Sequence record: DRR378314_2231 | DNA: 35,402 nt | Direction: 5' to 3' (one strand) | Shown here: positions 27,609 to 35,402 of the stretch, in pieces | Position numbering within the stretch: position 1 is the stretch's first letter | How the letters are laid out: every line of letters begins with the position of its first letter | Notes under the pieces: model-generated | Databases searched by the model: none | What the model was told of the DNA's origin: nothing | The model's input: only the letters and a program-made list of their open reading frames with translations | Program-made: the position numbers and the translations under genes

Positions 27609-30512
27609 TTACATAAATTCGTAAGAAATACTCGCAAATACATAACGACCTAATGCATCAAAGTAACCTGGATAGGTGTTACCATTACTGCCGTTAGCTC
27701 CTGTTAAATAAGGAGGATCGTTAGCTAAAATGTTATTCACACCAACACTGAACGTCGCACCTTCAGCGAACTGGTAACGACCAGTTAAGTCCAAGTAGTT
27801 TTCCGCATCTATACCGCGTGAAGTACCGGACAGATGATCAACGGCACCTAGAGCACGCCAGTTTGCTGACACAGAGACACCGTCGTTGTTCATCCAGGTC
27901 GCACGCAAGTTGTGCTGCCATTCCGGTCTAGGCGACTCACAAGTGCCACCCCATTTACCGGCGCATTCTGTTACAGCAAGTCCAACCACTGGTTGTGTAT
28001 CAAATTTAGTAAAATACGTACCCACTATGTTGAACTTCAGACGACCCCAGTCGTTATTAAGCTCTTGAGTGAAAGTAGAATTAATGTCGAAACCTGTACG
28101 CTGTTCAAAACCAATGTTCACGTTAGTTTCAACAATACTATCTTCACCTAACCAAAGCGACCCACTGCTTTCACCACGGCTAATTTGGTCACAGAAAGTT
28201 GGGTCACCAGTCTCTAAACAAAGATCAAGTGTGGTCTCTGATGGAACCGTTCCAATAGCATCCTCAACTTTGATATCAAAATAATCTACTGATACATCAA
28301 AGTTACCATCCATAGAACGATATACGAAACCAGCTGAAATGGTATCAGAAGTTTCAGGATCTAGATCAGGGTTACCACCGAAAATTGCATTGTACTGGCC
28401 TGCAGGGCTCTGAGGAATATTACCGTACTGACCAGCTGTCACACCTGAATTTTGACAAGCTTCAAGGCTAGCTTCAGGATTTGTACCTGCACATGGATCG
28501 CTGTCCATGTCATACAAACCTAAGCTTTGCGGATCAAAAAGCTCACGAATGTTAGCATGACGCGCAGCACGCTGGAAACTACCACGTAGTTTAACTGTTT
28601 GATTAACATCCCAACCTACGGCTATTTTGTAAGTATCTGTTGACTGGTCAGTGGTGTAATCTGAATAGCGATAGCCTAAATCAACAACAAGGCTGTCAGC
28701 CCAATCGGCACCGTCTACAACGTAAATTTTCGCTTCACTGAAGAATTCCTCAACACCGAGAGAACCTTCTGTACCGATTGTTGGTCCGCCTTGGCCTGCA
28801 CCATCGCCAGATTCGAAGTTACTATCTGGACGGAAAACCAGTTTTTCTTTACGGCTTGTAATACCAGCTAACAGCTCAACACCACCATAAGACCAAGGTG
28901 TTCTTACGCCATAATCGCCTAAATTACCGATAACATAACCCGTTACATCACGTAAGTTAGTTTCGCCGGTTGCATATAATGGCAGGGTTAAATAGTCCAA
29001 AGCTTCTTGCGAAACATTCGGACCAAAAATATCCCAGGGAACACAGTTTGGATCGACTCCGCTCAATGCTGAACTACAAACCGCTTCACCAGTATCTGGA
29101 TCCGTAGTTACATCTAATGCACGGCCAATATTAGTGATGCTAAAATCATTTTCATAGACAGAGCTTAGCGTTACATTACCAAAGTTAGCTGATAAGTCGT
29201 AACTCCATGTATCGTCAATAAAACCGCGAATACCAAAGACACCACGATATGAAAGATGCTGTAAGTCTTGTTGACGAGGACCACCTTCAACGTTTCGCTT
29301 ACCAATATAAACTTCTTCCCATACATCTGGATCACCTTCAGCCTGCGCCGGTCCACCAGCACCGCAAATAGTGTCTCGTTGTTGCTCTGAGAAAAGGGGG
29401 TTATCACAATTCAAGTCAACTTGCGGGAAAAACGCACCTGATTCGGCAATCTGTGACACACTGCGATCTTTGACATAACCAAGTTCAGTGAAGAATTCAA
29501 TATGGTCATTTATCTCGTACTTACCAAATGCTCCCAGAGTAATACGTTCGTCTGGACGTTGGTAATAGTTTACCGGACCATAGTTATATAAACGACCATC
29601 GTATTCCTCAAATGTGCCGTCACCAATATAGTAATCATACCCACCGGCTGTAAAATCCGTTAAGCGCCCATCAGGAATAGTACCTGAACCGCCACAAAAG
29701 TATTCACCAGTATCGGGGTCACGATCATACGCACAGATACTGTAATCTCTATCATCCTGAGTAACAGCTTTAATGTTGCGAACTGTCGCGTAGGCCGTTA
29801 TATTGCCCTTACCATTGTCAGAGTTTGCGCCAATAATGACAGAGAAATCATTCATATGGCCATCACGACCCGAGCCAGGCGCTAATGGGAAACCGGCTTC
29901 TTCGGCAGCTTGTGCAACACCGTTGTCATTATCGTTATTGTATTGATAAAAGCTGTGTTGATAATCGAGCTTAACGCCTTCGAAATCATCTTTCATGATA
30001 AAGTTAACAACACCAGCAACCGCATCTGAACCATAAGTCGCCGAAGCACCACCGGTCAATAACTCTACGTTTTCAATTAGAGCACTGGGAATTTGGTTTA
30101 AGTCCGGAGAAATACCGCCCACCAACGGCGACCCCATAACCAAACGACGTCCATTCATTAATACCAAAGTTCGTTGAGGCTCTAAACCACGTAACGAAAC
30201 GGTCGCTGTGCCCGTAGCTCCGTTTGAGTCGGTTGACGTTTGACCAGGGAAAACTTGTGGTAAATCATTTACCAAGTCTTCTGCACGAACGTTTCCACTA
30301 AATTCAAACTCTTCTGAAGTAACCTGAGAAATTGGACTTGAGCTAACTACGTTAGCCGATTGTGGGATACGAGAGCCTGTTACCTGAATACGCTCAACCG
30401 ATTCTTCCACCTCTACGTCTGTAGATGCCTGATCTTGTGCCAGAACAGGAAAACTGATCGTTCCTGCCACCGCAGCAGCAATTAAACTTTTGCGAAATTT
30501 AATGTTGTTCAT
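27609..30512 (-). CDS. TonB-dependent receptor (same subfamily as the downstream one)
   Basis: VERIQVTGSRIP, SLRGLEPQRTLVLMNGRR, GASATYGSDAVAGVVNFI, GVNNILANDPP; many loop cysteines; ends SYEFM. Confidence 0.93.
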   Translation of the reverse strand: MNNIKFRKSLIAAAVAGTISFPVLAQDQASTDVEVEESVERIQVTGSRIPQSANVVSSSPISQVTSEEFEFSGNVRAEDLVNDLPQVFPGQTSTDSNGATGTATVSLRGLEPQRTLVLMNGRRLVMGSPLVGGISPDLNQIPSALIENVELLTGGASATYGSDAVAGVVNFIMKDDFEGVKLDYQHSFYQYNNDNDNGVAQAAEEAGFPLAPGSGRDGHMNDFSVIIGANSDNGKGNITAYATVRNIKAVTQDDRDYSICAYDRDPDTGEYFCGGSGTIPDGRLTDFTAGGYDYYIGDGTFEEYDGRLYNYGPVNYYQRPDERITLGAFGKYEINDHIEFFTELGYVKDRSVSQIAESGAFFPQVDLNCDNPLFSEQQRDTICGAGGPAQAEGDPDVWEEVYIGKRNVEGGPRQQDLQHLSYRGVFGIRGFIDDTWSYDLSANFGNVTLSSVYENDFSITNIGRALDVTTDPDTGEAVCSSALSGVDPNCVPWDIFGPNVSQEALDYLTLPLYATGETNLRDVTGYVIGNLGDYGVRTPWSYGGVELLAGITSRKEKLVFRPDSNFESGDGAGQGGPTIGTEGSLGVEEFFSEAKIYVVDGADWADSLVVDLGYRYSDYTTDQSTDTYKIAVGWDVNQTVKLRGSFQRAARHANIRELFDPQSLGLYDMDSDPCAGTNPEASLEACQNSGVTAGQYGNIPQSPAGQYNAIFGGNPDLDPETSDTISAGFVYRSMDGNFDVSVDYFDIKVEDAIGTVPSETTLDLCLETGDPTFCDQISRGESSGSLWLGEDSIVETNVNIGFEQRTGFDINSTFTQELNNDWGRLKFNIVGTYFTKFDTQPVVGLAVTECAGKWGGTCESPRPEWQHNLRATWMNNDGVSVSANWRALGAVDHLSGTSRGIDAENYLDLTGRYQFAEGATFSVGVNNILANDPPYLTGANGSNGNTYPGYFDALGRYVFASISYEFM

Positions 30513-30571
30513 AAGTTAAATCCCCCGGAGATTTATTATTATTGGTTAGAAATTAATCTCTAACAGTTCAC

Positions 30572-30600
30572 AAATTACCAGCAAGTTAACTTTATGTAAA
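30572..30600 (-). promoter_or_regulatory. Putative sigma-70 promoter of TBDR 27609-30512
   Basis: TTTACA-17 nt-TAATTT with an extended -10 TG. Confidence 0.6.
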
Positions 30601-30658
30601 CTAAATGTATATTATTTGTTGATTTAGTTAATATAGACACTGTTTTAAAATATGTTAA

Positions 30659-31306
30659 TTAATTTCGGGAGCTTAACAAAGATAATAGAGAAGCGTTTAA
30701 ATCGGCATCCTGACAGCACTGCGCCAAAAAAAGCTCAGCGCAGGCAACGGTATCGGTCAGGGCATGATGGGCATGGTAATCAGGTAAGTTATAACGTTTA
30801 CGACAGGCACTGAGGGTAAGCTGGCCCCTGTGAATAGGTTGATGAGGATTGCGTTCCAGCTTATACTTCTCAAACGCTAAGGTGTCAAAAATAGCCAAAG
30901 GTTTAAAAGGAATACCGTACTGCGCTTCTATGTGTTTCAGAAAACGCCAGTCCATGCCTTTGTGGTGACAAACTAACACAGCATCATTCAAAGCTCTGCT
31001 CAACATAGCAAAGGTTTGTTTGGGTTCCGAACTGTGCAGAAAGTCTTGCCTAGTTAAACCATGAATGGTCGGGCTCTGGCCAAGTTCAAGCTCCTGTCCG
31101 TGAGCGAAAACATGATACTGGGCATTACCCAGGTGCATCACGGGTGGGTGAATGCTCATCCAGGCAATCGATAAAATCTGATGCTTTTTCGGATCCAGTC
31201 CGGTGCTCTCAATGTCGAGCGCGACATATCGTAAACTTTGCCACGGTTGTTTTAGTTTTTGTCGCCTATCATACCAATTAGCTAGTTTTTGCAGCCATTG
31301 AGACAT
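30659..31306 (-). CDS. DEDDh 3'-5' exonuclease (DNA polymerase III epsilon-like)
   Basis: ALDIESTGLD, IHGLT, FDTL, HHALTD motifs. Confidence 0.88.
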   Translation of the reverse strand: MSQWLQKLANWYDRRQKLKQPWQSLRYVALDIESTGLDPKKHQILSIAWMSIHPPVMHLGNAQYHVFAHGQELELGQSPTIHGLTRQDFLHSSEPKQTFAMLSRALNDAVLVCHHKGMDWRFLKHIEAQYGIPFKPLAIFDTLAFEKYKLERNPHQPIHRGQLTLSACRKRYNLPDYHAHHALTDTVACAELFLAQCCQDADLNASLLSLLSSRN

Positions 31307-31308
31307 AA

Positions 31309-33141
31309 TTAGTACCCTTGCCGGCTAAACTTCAGACCAACGCCTTGTTGCGCTTCTTTTATAATTTTAAAAGCGGTTTTTAACTGACGTCTTGAAAGTG
31401 TGCTCAGCTCGTCCGGGTCTATGGCATTCTTTGGTTTGTCGCTGCCCCATACTTTTAACTGATGGTTCAACCTGAGCTGCGTCAAGAACTCCCAGGCTTC
31501 CAATAGTGACTGGTTATCGCGACGATTTAACAAACGGCTACCTTTTAACGCGTTTAAACGTGCAGCAGTGCCTGGTGACGTAATTCCAGCCTGCAATGAG
31601 TAAATACGTGCTATGTCATTAATTAAAGCAATGCCGTAACGTTTAATATCTATGGTATCGCCGTCATCTGTGTCCTCTGTGCGTAAGCGGTTAAACAAGC
31701 CCAAAGGTACAGCTATCCGATTAACCAGAATAGCTAAATTTCCCAGGAACATCTCGTTCTTCGCTAAGCTCGCAATCTGCTCGCGGTATTCTTGATAAAA
31801 CTTACCCGGACCAACAACCGGCCTGCTGTCAAAAAATATCTGACAATACATGAGTGCCTTCGGTGTCGGGCTTTCAATCCAGCGCCGGAACCGCTCCTTC
31901 CATTGGTCTATAGTCCCCCGACACTCCGGATTGGATGCCATAATATTTCCCGGGCAAGATGGGATACCACACTCATTTAGCCCTTCACAGACGTAATCTC
32001 CTAAACCGGCAAACCAGTCTTTTTGCTTATCGGACAAATCATTACTGAGTAAAAGACCGTTGTCCTGGTCTGAACTTAAGGTTTGATCTTCTCTGCCCTG
32101 TGAGCCAAATGCTAACCAGCTATAAGCGGCTGGTGCAGCACCGTTTTCCTGCTCATACAGCTGTATAAGCTGACGTGTCATGCCGTCAGTAACCGATGCC
32201 ATAAGCCGACCTAAAACAGATGTTTGCTTTACGCGGCTGGCAAAGGTCTGTAGATACTCCGGAAGCTTCTGCGCTTCTTCTATTAATTGAGACTTACTAC
32301 TTGCCTTACGAATAGCGCTAATAAGAAAGACAGGATCGCTACGTTGCTGACGAATCAAGTCGGTTGCCGTTACCATCCCTACTGGTTGGTTCTGGTCATT
32401 CACCACCGGTAAGTGATGAATATTACTGGAGGTCATGGTGGTTAACGCATCCATTAACGAGCGATTTTCGTAAACCGATTCCGGCAGTTGTGTCATTACC
32501 GCCGAAACGCGCACATCCAGCGGTAAGCCTTCAGCCACTACCCGGTTTCTTAAGTCTCTATCCGTTAAAATACCGACCAATTGGGTGTCATCAACGACCA
32601 AAACAGACGATATACCATGGCTAGCCATTAACTTAGCCGCTTCTTGCACTGACGTGCTGCTGGATAAACTAACCGGAGGCATGGACACAACACTGCCAAC
32701 TGTCTGCTCACTCCAGTCACTATCAGTGCCGTCATCACTTTTTTGTTCCGTTAATAAACGTTGACCATGAGCCCTTATAAAGTACTGCTCGAAAGATTTT
32801 GACACATTGCGAAGCCGATCAAACGCCGACTGTGGCAAAACATAAACAATACCGTCTTCTATCGCCTGTAATTTATTAACCACTTCACGGCCTGATAGCA
32901 AAGATGGATAGCCAAATAAATCGCCGCTTTCCAAACGCTCAATCAGTCGCCCGTCGGCCCCTCTTAAATCAAAAACACCTGAGCGCACGATGAACAGAGC
33001 CGGCTTCATATCTTTTAATATATCGTTGCAGTTCTGATCATTCATATAAACCGACTGCAACTGCGATACAGCCCAGCTTCTTTGCTCTTCCGCTAACGTA
33101 TCAAAAGGAGGGCAGTCTTGTAGAAATGAATTAACTTCCAT
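31309..33141 (-). CDS. cNMP-binding / CBS / DUF294 nucleotidyltransferase-like protein
   Basis: cNMP domain (LFIVRSG, GDLFG), CBS pair (GILTDRDLR), FGSQGREDQTLSSDQDNG, CPGNIMASNP, DIKRYG. Start probably ATG 33141. Confidence 0.9.
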   Translation of the reverse strand: MEVNSFLQDCPPFDTLAEEQRSWAVSQLQSVYMNDQNCNDILKDMKPALFIVRSGVFDLRGADGRLIERLESGDLFGYPSLLSGREVVNKLQAIEDGIVYVLPQSAFDRLRNVSKSFEQYFIRAHGQRLLTEQKSDDGTDSDWSEQTVGSVVSMPPVSLSSSTSVQEAAKLMASHGISSVLVVDDTQLVGILTDRDLRNRVVAEGLPLDVRVSAVMTQLPESVYENRSLMDALTTMTSSNIHHLPVVNDQNQPVGMVTATDLIRQQRSDPVFLISAIRKASSKSQLIEEAQKLPEYLQTFASRVKQTSVLGRLMASVTDGMTRQLIQLYEQENGAAPAAYSWLAFGSQGREDQTLSSDQDNGLLLSNDLSDKQKDWFAGLGDYVCEGLNECGIPSCPGNIMASNPECRGTIDQWKERFRRWIESPTPKALMYCQIFFDSRPVVGPGKFYQEYREQIASLAKNEMFLGNLAILVNRIAVPLGLFNRLRTEDTDDGDTIDIKRYGIALINDIARIYSLQAGITSPGTAARLNALKGSRLLNRRDNQSLLEAWEFLTQLRLNHQLKVWGSDKPKNAIDPDELSTLSRRQLKTAFKIIKEAQQGVGLKFSRQGY

Positions 33142-33203
33142 GGCTAATCCTAATTTATAGAGAAGCAAATTTCAGTTTTGTGTATTAACTTGAGTTAGTC
33201 AAT

Positions 33204-33229
33204 AAAAAGCCCAGCACTAGGCTGGGCTT
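33204..33229 (-). terminator. Intrinsic terminator after the symporter
   Basis: AAGCCCAGC-CTAGT-GCTGGGCTTTTT on the minus strand. Confidence 0.85.
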
Positions 33230-33247
33230 CAATTAGGATATATCTCG

Positions 33248-34963
33248 TTAGTGAGACTTAGCTTCACCGGACCCTTTTGGATACCGTATAGACTCAACCA
33301 GTTCCTGAATTTCTTCCGGGGCGTCACCAGTAAACTTATGCACGACAACTGCTACAACAAAGTTGATGATCATGCCTAAGGTACCAATACCCTCAGGGGA
33401 AATTCCGAATAACCAGTTTTCTTGAGTATTCAGTTCGGGAGCGACGAACTTGAAGTACACGATATAACTGAAGGTAAATAGTATACCCACAACCATACCA
33501 GCTATCGCACCTGTGCTGTTCATACGTTTATGGAATACACCCATGATTATCGCAGGGAAGAAGCTTGCTGCGGCTAAGCCGAAGGCAAAAGCGACCACCT
33601 GCGCCACGAAGCCGGGCGGGTATATACCAAAGTAGACTGAGATGACAATTGCCGTCGCAGCTGCAACCCTGGCATATAACAACTCCTGTTTATCCGTTAT
33701 ATTCGGCGCCAAATTTCGTTTCAGTAAGTCGTGCGAAACGGAGGTTGATATAACCAGTAGAAGGCCTGCTGACGTAGAAAGTGCTGCGGCAACACCACCT
33801 GCTGCAACCAAAGCGACAACCCAGGCCGGCAATTCGCCAATTTCAGGATTCGCCAATACCATGATGTCACGGTCAATGGTCATTTCATTGCGTTCATCAC
33901 CTGAGTAAAACATTTTGCCGTCGTTGTTGTTGTCTTCCCACGTGATAAGACCTGTTTTTTCCCAGTTTTTAATCCAGCTTGGGGCGTTATCGTATTCAAC
34001 ACCTTGTAGGTCTGGGCCATTGATGGTGTTGAAAATATTTACTTTAGCAAACGAAGCAATAGTCGGTGCTGTTAAGTAAACCACTGAAATAAATGTCAGA
34101 GCCCAGAAAGCTGAACGGCGTGCATCACGTACTTTCGGTACTGTAAAGAAACGCACGATAACGTGAGGCAGACCAGCGGTACCTACCATCAATGCTGCAG
34201 TAATGAAGAACACATCAACTTTACTTCGCACACCTTCAGTGTATTCGGCGAAACCTAGCTCGGTCGATAATCCATCCAGTCGTTCAAGTAAGAACTGTCC
34301 CGAGCCTGGGACCCCGTCAGCTATTGTGGCGCCAAATCCCGTCTGCGGCAGTACGTGACCGGTCATCATTAAAGACAAGAATACCGCAGGCACTATGTAA
34401 GCAAACATCAATACAATATATTGTGCTACCTGAGTGTAGGTTATCCCTTTCATACCACCCAATACGGTATAAAAGAATACGATTATCGCACCAATGATAA
34501 CGCCGGTTGCGATGTCAACTTCCAGGAAGCGGGAGAATACGACACCAACACCTCGCATTTGCCCTGCAATGTAAGTAAAGCAGATCAAGATGGCACAGAT
34601 AACTGCAATGGTACGTGCCGTTTGAGAATAGTACCGATCACCGATGAAGTCAGGAACAGTAAACTTGCCAAACTTGCGTAAATAAGGAGCAAGACACATA
34701 GCTAATAGAACATAGCCACCAGTCCACCCCATTAGGTAAACAGAGCCATCATAACCAGCAAAGGCTACGATACCCGCCATTGAGATAAAAGAAGCAGCTG
34801 ACATCCAGTCAGCGGCCGTTGCCATCCCGTTCATTACTGGGTTGACACCGCCACTTGCTACATAAAAGTCATTCGTTGAGCCGGCACGTGACCAAATCGC
34901 AATACCTATGTATAGCGCGAAAGTCAGGCCGACGATTATAAAGGTGAGCGTTTGAATATCCAT
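33248..34963 (-). CDS. actP: Sodium:solute symporter, ActP-like (acetate/monocarboxylate permease)
   Basis: NGMATAADWMSAASFISMAG, FGKFTVPDFIGDRYYS, GGMKGITYTQVAQY, GTAGLPHVIVRFFTVP. Confidence 0.85.
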   Translation of the reverse strand: MDIQTLTFIIVGLTFALYIGIAIWSRAGSTNDFYVASGGVNPVMNGMATAADWMSAASFISMAGIVAFAGYDGSVYLMGWTGGYVLLAMCLAPYLRKFGKFTVPDFIGDRYYSQTARTIAVICAILICFTYIAGQMRGVGVVFSRFLEVDIATGVIIGAIIVFFYTVLGGMKGITYTQVAQYIVLMFAYIVPAVFLSLMMTGHVLPQTGFGATIADGVPGSGQFLLERLDGLSTELGFAEYTEGVRSKVDVFFITAALMVGTAGLPHVIVRFFTVPKVRDARRSAFWALTFISVVYLTAPTIASFAKVNIFNTINGPDLQGVEYDNAPSWIKNWEKTGLITWEDNNNDGKMFYSGDERNEMTIDRDIMVLANPEIGELPAWVVALVAAGGVAAALSTSAGLLLVISTSVSHDLLKRNLAPNITDKQELLYARVAAATAIVISVYFGIYPPGFVAQVVAFAFGLAAASFFPAIIMGVFHKRMNSTGAIAGMVVGILFTFSYIVYFKFVAPELNTQENWLFGISPEGIGTLGMIINFVVAVVVHKFTGDAPEEIQELVESIRYPKGSGEAKSH

Positions 34964-34969
34964 AGCGCC

Positions 34970-35236
34970 TTAGTCCTCGTGTACATTGTATTTGTTATCT
35001 AACGCGGCCATGCCTCTCACATAAATGAAGATAAGCACGATGAAAGTCAGAATGGAGCCTTGCTGTGCGAACCAGAATCCCAGCTTGAAGCCGAAGAAAG
35101 TGATTTCGTTAAGCACGTCCACCAATATAATTCCAAAGCCATAGGAAACGACAAACCATACAATTAGCAGCTTGAGCATCAAGCTGAGGTTTTCTTTCCA
35201 ATACGCTTTGGCATGGGATTCGCTTTCGAATGCCAT
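34970..35236 (-). CDS. DUF4212 small membrane partner of the symporter
   Basis: AYWKENL, WFVVSYG, LGFWFAQQGS; sits immediately upstream of the actP-like gene. Confidence 0.88.
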   Translation of the reverse strand: MAFESESHAKAYWKENLSLMLKLLIVWFVVSYGFGIILVDVLNEITFFGFKLGFWFAQQGSILTFIVLIFIYVRGMAALDNKYNVHED

Positions 35237-35311
35237 AACGTCCCCTCCAGTTGTTCAACATTATTGTTTTAGGTCGATAACAAATGTAAATGCAATTGTT
35301 AACAAGGGGAA

Positions 35312-35327
35312 TAGGACTTTGGTCGTA
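35312..35327. promoter_or_regulatory. Palindromic operator, probably CrbR (CrbS/R acetate two-component system) type
   Basis: TAGGAC-TTTG-GTCGTA (TAnGAC-N4-GTCnTA), about 75 nt upstream of the DUF4212-actP operon. The match to CrbR is from memory of the motif. Confidence 0.55.
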
Positions 35328-35353
35328 GCTGATTGAAAGGAGAATTCAGACAT

Positions 35354-35383
35354 AAAAAAAGCCCCCAGCGTAAGCTGAGGGCT
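35354..35383 (-). terminator. Intrinsic terminator of an upstream gene outside the window
   Basis: AGCCCTCAGC-TTAC-GCTGGGGGCTTTTTTT on the minus strand. Confidence 0.8.
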
Positions 35384-35402
35384 GTTTTATTTGTAGTCTG
35401 GA

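Noticed and set aside
14486-30512. Polysaccharide utilisation locus or siderophore cluster
   Set aside because: No CAZymes, sulfatases, sugar transporters, NRPS/NIS synthetases or recognisable Fur boxes.
30659-33141. Nucleotidyltransferase plus nuclease as an anti-phage (CBASS or toxin-antitoxin) system
   Set aside because: The cNMP-CBS-DUF294 architecture and position next to the actP-like gene match the common transport-associated module, not CD-NTase or MNT-HEPN systems.
1-35402. Prophage, integrative element, IS or CRISPR array
   Set aside because: No integrase, transposase, phage genes, att duplication or repeat-spacer pattern was seen.

Overview
Chromosomal window from a marine gammaproteobacterium (Alteromonadales-like, probably Idiomarina; this is inferred from gene content and was not database-checked). 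It has four blocks. (1) 1-13217: the 3' end of a tRNA (probably Arg), then a tight minus-strand operon (TonB-dependent receptor, VTT/DedA-flavoprotein disulfide reductase fusion, YnjBCD-like ABC transporter, YnjF-like CDP-alcohol phosphotransferase, sterol-desaturase-like protein). Divergent from it are an AraC regulator, an AhpD/CMD protein, and DoxX, DUF547 and DUF1499 genes. (2) 13221-14439: two tandem FlgO-family genes behind a perfect sigma-28 promoter. (3) 14486-30600: the best candidate for an undescribed system. Three TonB-dependent receptors share 5'-UTR, promoter and signal-peptide motifs. Two of them are followed, directly after a strong terminator, by TPR-scaffolded modifying enzymes: a TPR-2OG/Fe(II) oxygenase plus a SAM methyltransferase, and a TPR-sulfotransferase plus a cysDNC PAPS supply. 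(4) 30659-35383: the conserved DUF4212 / ActP-like symporter / cNMP-CBS-DUF294 nucleotidyltransferase / DEDDh exonuclease module with a probable CrbR-type operator. No integrase, transposase or CRISPR array was seen. All family assignments come from motif recognition by eye.
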